The notes beneath the pieces are model-generated. The model was not told the DNA's origin, ran no database searches, and worked only from the letters and a program-made list of their open reading frames with translations. From Phyllobates terribilis (taxonomy: Eukaryota): 64,000 bases of DNA. Positions 49,466 to 61,600 of the stretch are shown in pieces. The translations under genes and the position numbers were made by a program. The number at the start of each line of letters is the position of its first letter. The first letter of the stretch is position 1. The stretch is taken from positions 3,534,001-3,598,000 of the forward strand of contig NW_027362946.1 in the NCBI RefSeq assembly GCF_046119375.1, written 5' to 3'.

Positions 49466-50538
49466 ATGGAGAAGGAGAAGGAGAAGAAGAAGATGGCCGA
49501 GAGGATATTCCACCTCACCCTAGAGATCCTCTTCCGGCTTACTGGAGAGGTGAGAGATTCTGATGACGTCACATTACATCATTCTTATCTATGGGAATAA
49601 CAGATGAACAGAACTGGAGAGGTGAGGACTCTGGAAATGTCTGTAGTGAGATTTATTAATGTGTCTCTCCATAACCAGGATTACATAGTAGTGAAGAAGA
49701 CCTCTAGTGAGCGCTGTCAGGTCCCTGTGTCTGAGGGATGGGGAAGACCCCTGAACCCAATCACAGAGCCTCCACCTCACCCCCTGATACATGAGGACAT
49801 CAATGAGCAGAAGATCCCAGAACTCACCTACAAGATGATTGAGCTGCTGACTGGAGAGGTAACACTGCTGTGAATGCTGGGACATTATACAGTAACGCTA
49901 TGAAGGGATCGGGGGGATGATGGTATCATTGTATGTGTCAGGTTCCTATAAGATGTCAGGATGTCGCTGTCTATTTCTCCATGGAGGAGTGGGAGTATTT
50001 AGAAGGACACAAAGATCTGTACAAGGACATCATGATGGAGGTTCCCCAGCCCCTCACATCACCAGGTAATAGACAGGACTAAATACACACGGCCTATAAT
50101 TATCTGTATGTAAAGAATGAATTCAGTCCTTGTATGTGTTTCCTCCAGATCTATCCAGTAAGAGGACAACACCAGAGAGATGTCCCCGTCCTCTTCTTCC
50201 ACAGGACTGTAAACAAGAAGACCCCAATGTTCCTCAGGATCATCAGGTAGATGGAGAGAAGGTGTCATGAGATCTCCCCTATGATGTGTAGACGGCTGTG
50301 AAGGTCTTGTGTTCAGTCTTGTTTTATCCACCAGTATTATATGTTTTATACTTGTGTAATGAGAACGGTGGAGATGGCAGGATTAGAGCTGATCATAGAT
50401 GGGACTTCTCCATCATCTGTCTGTGACTTTTACAATATTTGTTTCAGGGTGAAGATCTGACCCATATTAATACTACAGAGACATATGTGAGGGGTGATGA
50501 GTGGTGTAAAGATGAGATTCCTACATATGACTACCCAG
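49466..50538 (+). CDS. KRAB-like zinc-finger gene B2, exons 1-5 (49466-49549, 49679-49858, 49942-50065, 50149-50246, 50448-50538); finger exon not in window
   Basis: Five open, phase-consistent GT-AG exons (84, 180, 124, 98, 91 nt). Completeness cannot be judged from this window. Confidence 0.8.
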
Positions 50539-51957
50539 GTGAGTAGTAACCACTAAATGCAGAGAAGTCTCAGATTAAAAAAAAATGTATTACATGTAAT
50601 AATCTGTGTCCTGTCCGGATTTGTAATCTCTCTATTAATTGTTTATTAACCCCTTACTGACAATGTCAGTAATAGTACGTCCCTGTGCCCTGGGCCTTTT
50701 GGCTAACACCCGGTAATATGTGCCAGGAGCGATCCCACAGTGGCACATTAATCCCCAAAATGCTGCGATCGAAGTCGATTGCAGCATTCCGGGAGCAAGG
50801 GGACGTAACCCCTCTTACCTTGTATCCGGGATCCCGCGCTGTGTCTGCTGGGTCTGGTAGTTGCCATGATGACCTGATGTCGTCATGACGACATCCGGGT
50901 CACCAGGCATCAGCAAGTTAGTTAGATCGTTCTCAGTGCACGTTCTAACTAACTTGTGCCAGTGCAGGACTGACAGCCTGCATAGCATAGAGATGCTCCT
51001 GCATCTCTATGCTATGCAAGTGATCAGGCTGCAAAAAGTGAAAGTCCCATAGTGGGACAAAGGGTAAAAGTAATTAAAAAAGTGCCAGAAAGTGGGGAAA
51101 AATAAAATTAAAAATTGTAAAAATATATAAAAAAAAAATAAAAATAATGAAAAAATAAAAATATACTGCACTCATAAATAAATATTATTATAAAAAAACC
51201 ACCACATTAAAAGTACACACATTTGGTATCGCCACATCCGGAACGACCTGACCTATAAAACGGTCCCACTAGTTAACCCTTATAGTGAACACGGTAAAAA
51301 AATAAAAAACGAAGAAAAAAATGATGCTTCATCATCATACCGCCAAACAAAAAATGAAATAAAACGCGATAAAAAAGACGAATGTTATTAAAAATAGTAC
51401 CGCTGAAAACGTCATCTTGTCCTGCAAAAAACAAGCCGCCATACAGCTCCATCAGCCGAAAAATAAAAGTTATAGCCCTCAGAATAAAGCGATACAAAAA
51501 ATATTTTTTTCTATAAAATAGTTTTTATTGTATAAAAGCCCCAAACCATAAAAAACAATATAAATGTGGTACCGCTGTAAACGTACTAACCCGAAGAATA
51601 AATTTTACCACACGCGGAATGGCATAAAAAAAACAAAAAAACAAAAAGCAATTCCTGAATTGTTGGTTTTTGTTTATTCTGCCTCCCAAAAATCAGAATA
51701 GAAAGTGATCAGAAAATGTCATGTGCCCGAAAACGGAACCAAGAAAAGCGTCAACTTGTGCCGCAAAAAAACAAGCCCTTACATGACTCTTCAGCCGAAA
51801 TATGGAAAAAATATTTTTCTGCCCTTTAGGGTGTGACAGCTGCCAAATATAGAAACTCGATATGAATCTGGTATCGCTGTAATCGCACCGACCTGAAGAA
51901 TAAAGTTGTCTAATCACTTATACCGCACGAGGAACGGTGAAAAAAATAAACTCTAGA

Positions 51958-52264
51958 GTTAGGGTTGTGCTAGGGTTAAGGTTGTGCTAGGTTTAGGGTT
52001 GTACTAGGTTTAGGGTTGTGCTAGGGTTAGGGTTGTGCTAGGGTTAGGGTTGTGCTAGGGTTAGGGTTGTGCTAGGGTTAAGGTTGTGCTAGGGTTAGGG
52101 TTGTGCTAGGGTTAGGGTTGTGCTAGGGTTAGGGTTGTGCTAGGGTTAGGGTTGGGTTAGGGTTGTGCTAGGGTTAGGTTTGTGTTATGGTTAGGGTTGT
52201 GCTTGGACTGTGCTAGGCTTAGGGTTAGGGTTGTGTTAGGGTTGGGTAGGGTTGTGTTGGGGTT
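51958..52264 (+). repeat. Telomere-like 17-bp repeat (TTAGGGTTGTGCTAGGG), about 18 units
   Basis: Read directly. Confidence 0.9.
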
Positions 52265-52298
52265 ATGATTTTTTTAAAAATAAAGAAAAAAATGATGA

Positions 52299-52597
52299 CT
52301 AGTGTTGAGCACAAGTGCTCGCTACTTGAGTTTTCATCGGGTGCTCGAGTATACACCGAGTAAAGCGGGTGCTCTGGTGACATGCTCGAGTTTCTGCCCC
52401 ATATGCTTCGCGGCCAAAAAAAACTTGCGGGGATTGCCTGCCATGCACGAGCGATCCCCACATGTTTTTTTGGGTGTCTTAACAACAACCGTGAAACATG
52501 CGGGGCCTTGCACATGTTACTCGAGCACCCGCGATACATGGTGCATACCCGAGTACCCGATGCAAACTCAAGTAGCGAGCACTTGCACTCAAGACTA
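52299..52597. mobile_element. MITE with about 35-bp terminal inverted repeats
   Basis: tagtgttgagcacaagtgctcgctacttgagttt / aaactcaagtagcgagcacttgcactcaagacta. Confidence 0.75.
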
Positions 52598-54394
52598 ATG
52601 ACAACTTATTCAATATGATGACCTAATGTTATCAAATTCTGTGTCGTACGTCTGGGCTCAAAATGTTCACCATACCCCTTGATAAAATCCTTAAGAGGTC
52701 TAGTTTTCAAAATGGGGTCACTTGGGGGGTTTCCACTATATAGGCGCATCAGGGGTTCCCCAAACACTACATGGCGTCCCCTCTTGATTCTAGCCAATTT
52801 TGAGTTCAAAAAGTCACACAGTGCTCCTCTCCTTCTGAACCATGCCGTGCGCCCAGTGTACTTTCCCCATATATGTGGTATCTGCGTACTCAGAAGAAAT
52901 TGCATAACAGTTTTGGGGGTCAATTTTCTCCTCTTACCCCTGTGAAAATAAAAAAATTGGGGCTAAAAGATAATTTTTGCGGAAAAAGTTATTTTTTTTT
53001 TTATTTTCATGGCTCTACGTTATAAACTTCTGTGAAGCACCTGGGGGTTCAGAGTGCTCAGCACACATCTAGAGAGGTTCCTTGAGGGGTCTAGTTTCGA
53101 AAATAGGGTCCGTTGTGGGCAGTTTCCACTGTTTCGGCACTTCAGGGACTCTCCAAACGCGACATGGCATCTGATAATTATTTAAGCAAATTTTACATTC
53201 AAGAAGTCAAATGGCGCATCTTCCCTTCTTAAAACTGCAGTGCGCCCAAACAGTGGATTTCCCCCACATATGTGGTATCGGCGTGCTCAGGAAAAATTGC
53301 ACAACAAATTTTGCGGTCAATTTTTTCCAGTCAACCCTTGCGAAAATAAATAAATTTGGGTCTAAATTAACATTTTTGTGTAAAAAAAGTTAAATGTTCA
53401 TTGTTTTCTTCCACATTCCAAAAATTCCTGTGAAGCACCTGAAGGGTTAATAAACTTTTTGAATGTGGTTTTGAGCACCTTGAGGGGAACAGTTTTTAGA
53501 ATGGTGTCACTTTTAGGTATTTTCTGTCATAAAGACCCCTCAAAATCACTTCAAATGTGATGTGGTCCCTAAAAAAAAAATGGTTTTGTAAATTTTGTTG
53601 GAAAAATGAGAAATCGCTGGTCAACTATTAACCCTTATAACTTCCTAACAAAAAAAAAAATTTGGTTCCAAAATTGTGCTGATGTAAAGTAGACATGTGG
53701 TAAATATTATTTATTAACTATTTTGTGTAAAATATTTCTCTGATTTAAGGGCATGAAAATTCAAATTTAGAAAATTGCGAAATTTTCAAAATTTTCTGAC
53801 AAATTTTCAGATTTTTTTTTCACAAATAAACGCAAGTGATATCGAATAAATGTTGCCACTATCATGAAGTACAATATGTCATGAAAAAACAGTCTTGGTA
53901 TCAGTGGGATTCGCTGAAGAGTCCCAGAGTTATTACCTCATAAAGTGACACTGGGTCAGAACTGTAAAAATTTGCCTGTCATTAACGTGCAAACAGCCTT
54001 CGGGGGTAAAGGGGTTAAAGAATACTGCCACTTAAATGACTTTTATGTTACACCGACATGGATACTATTCTTGTGGCAAGTGCTGCAGGTCAAAAATATC
54101 TGGAATGAGTTGGTCAACTTAAAGCGCACCTGTCAGCAGGATTGTGCTCAGTAAAATACATACACTGTCTGGTGGGTGACATTACACTGGTTAATACGAT
54201 ACCTTGGTTGATGAAATCTTGTGGTTCTTGTGTAATCTTTACTTTCAGTTTGGAGATAATGATATGCTTCGGGGCGGCCTGTAAGAGGCGCTCTATCTGG
54301 TGCGCTGCTTACATATTCATCTGTATGCTCTTATGGCAGCTCACTGTGCCTTCACTGACCTGCCTCCTATTTTACCTAGGCCCGCACTACTAGA

Positions 54395-55612
54395 TGTGAC
54401 GCGCCCCCTGGGCCGTGGGGTACACGGTGCCGGGCCGGTCGTTGCTAGGGGAGATGTCACAGTGGCGGTGACCCGGTCCATGACCCAGGGCGGTTAATCA
54501 AAAGGGGAATATTTACAGGGAATATTTACAGGGGATTTATAGTTCTTAGATACAGTTTGTGACGCCACCTGTGGTATGCGGCTAAAGGGAGCCGCCGCTG
54601 CGGAGCAGGTCCTCTGGAGGTGTTGGTAATGCAGCAGAGTTGGTTCAGCTCTCCACAGGTAGAGCTTAGCTCCAGGGCAGTGTAGATGTTGCTGTTATGG
54701 TGTAGTGCAGAGGATGGCGCAGATAATGATCACAGAGACAGTAAGGTGCAGTCCTCAGGGTTTACTCACTGTTTCTTAGACTTCCAGTTACCAGTACTAA
54801 AGTAACTTCCCACGGCGTTCTGTGCTTACTCAGGGAGGGGTTCAGCAAGCTCCCAGGTCTCTCCGGAGTACGTAACGGGACCCCCTTCTGTGTGTTCCCT
54901 CTGGCCGTCTCCCTGCACCTCACACCCAGTGTCTCAGGCCAGTGGCCGTGGACCTTGCCGGGCGATGTCTTCTCTGTCCCCTGGGTCCTCTATGGCCACC
55001 TTTCTGGTGATTAGATGTGGCTTGTGGCTACAGTACCTGAAATACTGCAGCCTCCGGTTTCCTAGTTGAGGCTTAAAGAACTCTGCTAGTTTAGGGACCG
55101 GTCCTCTCTGTGCGACCTGACCCCTCCACCTCCTGGCAGATTCGGGCGTACGGGTGGCCTCCAGCACTACCCGTACCCCTGGGGTCCATTCCACATTCCT
55201 TTCCTGCTCCTCTCTCTCTCTCTCCAGCCTTGTGCTTCTCTGGCTAGGCCCTCCTCCAGAGCAGAGCTTCTACAGAGCTCCTGCTCCTCTCACTGTCCTC
55301 CTCTGACTGACCTGATCTCTTCAAGATGGTTTCTCTCTATATACTATCCCTAACAAGTGCTCCCCTGAACTTCTTCCTCCACCTACACCCACTACATGGT
55401 TCCCCCTCACTTTGGTTCCCCCCACTCCAGCCACGGACAGGGCTCAGCAGGAAGCGACGCATCATGCACCTCCTGCCGGTCTGGAGTAGTGTAGTGTTGG
55501 ATGGAGGTGTTAGGGTCCTGGGCAGTACTCCTTCCTTACCTGAGCGTGAGATACCACACCTCTGGGTGAGATGCAGTACCCCTGTGGCGACTGAACCCGC
55601 AGGGGCGCCACA
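54395..55612. mobile_element. Solo-LTR-like element, related to 8236-9596 in opposite orientation
   Basis: tgtgacgcgcccc ... ggggcgccaca termini. The last 60 nt or so are near reverse-complementary to the first 60 nt of 8236-9596. No clean TSD is seen. Confidence 0.72.
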
Positions 55613-55660
55613 GATGCATTATGTAAAATAAAATATAATTGATGAATTATATAAAATGAA

Positions 55661-58600
55661 TTTTATCGATCACCCATGACAGCACCACAAGAGGGGATTC
55701 GTCCTCCAAGGACAGGATACCCACAGGCTTAAAAGGGCAGCACCTCTCCCACAGATCAGTTGTTTTCCTGTCCTTGATGAGTGAACCTTTGTACCGGAAG
55801 ATCATTTCCCAGGCCCAGACGGACGGTTCAGGCAGCGGTATTTTCCCTGCCTTGGCCAGTCCAGGGTCCCTAGAAGCACCACAGTGGGTCCAGGAGGACT
55901 TTCACGGTTGTGTGCGGGCGCAGGTGAGCAGCATCCTGGGCGAGGATAGCGTGGCTCATCGGGTGTTGGCACGTGCCTGGAAGCGAGATACAGGGCAGCT
56001 GCATGTGCATTGCTTCCTTGGAATTCACGCCAGCTGGCGTTTTCCGGTCTGAAGGCGCGCCTCTCTGATGCGAAGAAGGCATGTTCGATGCCAGGATGCG
56101 CCTGAACAGCATTTTAGCAGCGGCCAGGGCATGACCAGATTGCACAACTGGGGCATGCCTGGATGAAGCGTGAGCCGCTTGACCGGAAGTGTGTGGGAAC
56201 CGGGGGTTCCGGAAGGGTCTGGAGAGGTGGGGAATAGCGTTTCTCCGGCATCTAAATGACGGCAGGAGCATGGATCGGTGCTTCCTTGCTCATTGTTCCC
56301 TCCAGAATAACGGATATCACTGAGCAGCAGCAGCCTGATAAGAAGCCCCAGAAGCAGGCGGAGCAGCGTCGACCCCGTAGCAGTAGTTTTGGTGGCAGTG
56401 TCTGTGAGAGACAGAGGTCTGCAGGCAGTGGCGAATCCAGACAGAGGAGCTCCAGGAAAGTAGACGCGTTTTCGGCCTCTAAAGATGGTCTTTTGGCTGA
56501 GGTGGGTTCCCCTCTAAATCTCGTACTATATGATTGCCTCACACTGGTAAGTGATCTTTGTGAAAGCTCACTCAGTGATGTAGCCTTTCCCTTTTTTGTC
56601 AGTTATTGCCAGGGAAAGAAGTGTACAGCAAAGTCTAAGCACAAGGAGTGTGCACTTTGCAGAAATCTACTGCCTGACTCCAACCAAAAAAAAACTTTGC
56701 CAGTATTGTATAGAGCAGACAGTAGCGGAGGAGACCACTAACTCTGCCACCGATTTAAGATCAATTATCATGGCGGAAGTCCCTTAAATCCCTTTCCCAG
56801 GAAGAGGTTCATAGAGGTAAGAAGAGTAAAAGGGCTAGCCAGTGGTCCCGGGGTTGCATGTGTCTAGCTTTTCAAATAATGATGACGAATCCTCCTCAGA
56901 CGGTAATGCTGGCCATCTTTGTTTTCCTATAGATGAGATGGACAAACTCGTAAAGGCAGTTTGGACCACAATGGGGATAGTCGAGTCCAAACTCGAGAAA
57001 TCAGTTCAGGACATTATGTTTGGAGGCTTGGAACAAAAAAAGCATAGGTCATTTCCTATGAATGAAAAAATAATTTAGAGGGAATGGAAAAGAGAGGCTC
57101 CCTTTCCCCATCAATTAAGAGGAGATATCTGTCACGCTGTCTCTGCGTACAGGAGGTCTGGGGCCTAAACTGACCCTAAGCTGGGGCCCTGACTAATCCC
57201 TCTACCTGGAGGTACTGTTAAAGGTACAGAGGTCCAGGCCGCCAGCGTAACCCCTACCTCCTGAGGATCCCTGCACCTCAGTAATCTAGTCCTGAGAAGG
57301 ACCCCGATCACAACAATAGGGAACAGGAAATAATATGCCAACACTCAGTACTTAGACGAACGAGACAGTACAAGGGTTAAAACAAAAACCACCTTGCATA
57401 CAAAAACTACACCACAACAACAGAGGGAACACCAACGGGAAAGGAGATAAATGATAAAGCGAGGAAGGGAAAAACCACACCAAATACACTTAGCTCAGAA
57501 CTCCAAAATACCACGATCCGCTCTGTTTGTCTGTATGAAATGCTTTCACCGACACTTCCCTAACAGACCGGCAGGCATTTGAAGGAGTCCCACTACTGCA
57601 GCATTGATTGCAGCTGGGCGAGGCTGGACCTCGTCTAGCACAGAGAGAGAGAGTTAACTCCCTCACTGCCGAAAAACACAAAACACCAAAAACTCAGCTG
57701 CGAGAAGTCAGGCTGTGTAATCGTGATGATCTTCGTGGCGACACACCCGTGACAGTACCCCCCCTTCTACGAGGGGCCTCCGGACCCTCAGGGCCAGGTT
57801 TATCCGGGTGAGTCGTGTGGAAGGCCCGAACTAATCGGTCTGCGTTAATATCCGACGCAGGAACCCACATCCTCTCCTCAGGACCATACCCCTTCCAATG
57901 AACCAGGTACTGAAGGGACCGGCGATTAAAGCGTGAATCGATGACCTTTGATACCTGGAACTCCAAGTTACCATTGACCACCACTGGAGGGGGAGGTAAA
58001 GGTGACGGTATCACCGGCGCCACATACCTCTTAAGCAACGATCTGTGGAACACATTGTGAATTTTAAACGTAGGGGGGAGGTCAAGATGGAATGCCACTG
58101 GATTAATTATAGAACTGATCCTGTATGGCCCGATGAACCTGGGACCCAGTTTCCAGGAGGAAACCTTAAGTTTTATATACCTGGTAGACAACCATACCCG
58201 ATCGTTCACACTTAGGTCCGGACCAGACACTCTCCTCCTATCAGCCATACGTTTGTATCGGTTCCCCATAGTATTCAGATTCTTCAGCACCCCTCTCCAT
58301 ACTGAAGTGAGTGATGAGGAAAATCGTTCCTCCTCAGGAACCCCCGAAGAGCCCCCCTACTGAAAGTACAAAACTGGGGGTGAAAACCATATGCCCCAAA
58401 AAACGGGGACTTACCAGTGGACTCGCTCCGCCTATTATTAAGAGCAAACTCTGCCAGAGGTAAGAAAGAAGCCCAGTCCTCCTGGTTCTCTGACACAAAA
58501 CACTGGAGATATGTCTCCAAACTCTGGTTCAGACGTTCCGTCTACCATTGGTCTGAGGATGAAAAGCCGATGAGAACGATAAATGCATCCCCCGCCGAGT

Positions 58601-61600
58601 ACAAAATGCCTTCCAGAACTTGGACACAAACTGAGACCCCCGATCCGACACCACATCGGAGGGTACCCCGTGAAGCCTCACAATCTCCCCAATGAACACC
58701 TGCGCAAGAGTTTTAGCATTTGGAAGAGCAGGAAGAGCGATAAAATGTGCCATCTTGCTGAACCTGTCTACTACAACGAGAATGACCGTTTTACCCGAAG
58801 ACGGCAGGAGGTCCGTAATAAAGTCCATAGACAGATGAGTCCAAGGACGCTCCGGGATCTTCAAAGGTAAGATGGCCCCAGACGGACGGGTATGTGGGGT
58901 CTTAGAGCGCGCACAAACCCCACAGGACGCAACAAAATTTACCACCTCTATATGTAAGTTAGGCCACCAAAACCGACGCGAGAGTAGATCCACAGTTGCT
59001 TTACTCCCTGGGTGTCTTGCCAAAGCTGAGTTATGGTGTGCCTCGATCACCTTTTGTCGTAACTGATCTGGAACAAACAGTCTCCCTGGAGGTCCAACAG
59101 GGGCATCCCCCTGAGCCTCCAATACCTCCTCCTCAAGCTCAGAGCATACTACCGACACCACCACCCCCTCTTGAAGGATAGGAACCGGGTCATCCGTATT
59201 CCCGGCCCCAGGGAAACTACGAGATAAGGCATCCGCCTTCACATTTTTTGACCCAGGACGATATGTAACGACAAAATTAAACCTGGTAAAAAACAACGAC
59301 CACCTGGCTTGTCTGGGATTCAGACGTTTTGCGGACTCCAGATATAGCAGGTTCTTGTGATCGGTGATGACGGTGACCGGATGGACTGCCCCCTCCAAAA
59401 AATGGCGCCACTCCTCAAAAGCTAGCTTAATGGCCAAGAGTTCCCTATTGCCGACATCGTAATTCCTCTCAGCGGACGACAATTTTTTAGAGAAAAAGGC
59501 GCACGGATGCCACTTACCAGGGGACGAACCTTGTGACAATACTGCTCCCACCCCTACTTCGGAAGCGTCTACCTCTACAATGAATGGCTGTGACGCATCA
59601 GGTTGAATGATTATGGGTGCCGAGGCAAAACTTTTTTCAAGGAGGAGAAAGCTTGACAAGCCTTGTCAGACCACCTAGAAAAATCCGTCCCCTTTTTTGT
59701 CATGTCTATGAGAGGTTTAACCATGGACGAGAAATTACGAATGAACTTCCGGTAATAATTAGCAAACCCCAGGAAACGTTGTAGTGCCTTAAGATTCTAT
59801 GGCAGATCCCACTCAAGAACTGCCCGCACTTTCCCAGGGTCCATACGAAAACCGGACGCTGAAACCAGGAAGCCTGGAGTTCCTGTACGGCGAACACACA
59901 CTTTTCCCATTTGGCATACAGTTTATTATCCCGCAAGATCTGTAACACCTGCCTAACGTGCTCCTGATGAGACACCAGATCCGGCGAGTAAATTAAGATA
60001 TCATCCAGATATATGACAACAAACTGTCCCACCAGGCGGCGAAAAATGTCATTAACAAAGTGTTGGAACACCGCCGGGGCATTAGTCAGACCGAATGGCA
60101 TGACAAGGTTCTCATAATGCCCCTCCGGAGTGTTAAACGCCGTCTTCCACTCATCCCCCTCCTTCATCCTAATCAGATTGTACGCCCCCCGAGATCCAAC
60201 TTAGAGAACCATTTGGCGCCCACGATCTGATTAAAGAGATCGGGAATAAGTGGGAGCAAATACGGATCTCGGACCTTAATCCGATTAAGTTCACCGAAAT
60301 CCAGGCAAGGGCGTAGGCCTCCATCTTTCTTCTTCACAAAGAAGAACCCCGCGGCCACCGGGGAAGATGAAGGTCTAATATGCCCCTTAGCCAGACTTTC
60401 AGAAATATAATCCTTCATGGCCTGCCTCTCAGGACCAGAAAGGTTATACAACCTAGCTTTAGGTAACTTGGCCTCAGGGAGCAGTTTTACAGAACAGTCA
60501 TACTCGCGATGAGGAGGTAGTTCCTGACACCCTTTCTCCGAGAGTACATCCTCAAAGTCCGCCAGAAATGGAGGTAAGACCCTAGGAGTAACCGCACCGA
60601 TGACCGTATTCATGCAGTTTTTATTACAGAATTTACTCCATTGGCTTATCTCTCTGGATTGCCAATTAATAACCGGGTTATGCATAATTAACCAAGGAAG
60701 GCCCAACACTATAGGAGTGGAAAGACCCTCCAATACGTAGCAAGACAACAGTTCTTTATGTATAGCCCCCACTTGAAGTTTTACGTTATGCACAGATTGC
60801 AAAAAACTTCCCTGACCGAGGGGCCTGGCATCAATCGAGAATATGGGGATGGGTTTAGCCAATTCACTCAATCACATACCTTGAACCCGGGCAAACCGAG
60901 CGTCCACCAGATTAGCCCCGGCACCACTATCCAGAAGAACAGATATCCTCTCAGTTCTCGTACCCACCACCACCTCCGCCGGTACGAGAAACTGAGATGA
61001 ACCTAGGGACGAAATACCTACTCCCAGATTGCCGTCCACCACACAACCTGGGATCAACAGTTTTCCGACGACTCTTCACTCTGCAAGGGACGGGATGGAC
61101 ACTCCCCAATAAAATGTCCCTTTCTCCCGCAGAAGAAACACCTTCCTGTCTTATGGCGCACCACCGGTCCCCTCCCCCGAAATGATGTCCCTCCTAATTG
61201 CATAGGCTCCTCTGGACTGACCAGGGAACCCTCCATATAAGGAACACCTGTAGAAGGTGGAGTCATCACAGAGGGTGGAGTTACCCCGCACCTCTCCCGA
61301 AGCCGTCTGTCAATGCGAATAGCAAGGGCCATAACGGCTTCCAGTGACGCGGGAGGGTCATACTGTGCCAAAACATCCTTTAATTTGTCGGATAAACCTT
61401 GACAAAACTGGCTCCTAAGAGCCGGGTCATTCCACTGGGTGTCCGTGGCCCACCTACGGAACTCCGAACAGAATTCCTCCGTCGGACGATCTCCCTGCTG
61501 GATCCTACGTAACTTAGATTCAGCAAGGGAGATCCGATCCGGGTCATCATATACGAGACCCAGAGCTGCAAAAAACCTATCCACTGACTGGAGAGCCGGG

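Larger units (their letters stand above)
33975..50325 (+). repeat. Segmental duplication, copy B
   Basis: Collinear with 1-20699; see copy A. Confidence 0.97.
50650..54014. mobile_element. 3.4-kb non-autonomous piggyBac-like element
   Basis: TTAA-CCCCTT ... AAGGGG-TTAA termini (TTAA at 50646-50649 and 54015-54018). AT-rich, with no transposase. Confidence 0.75.
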
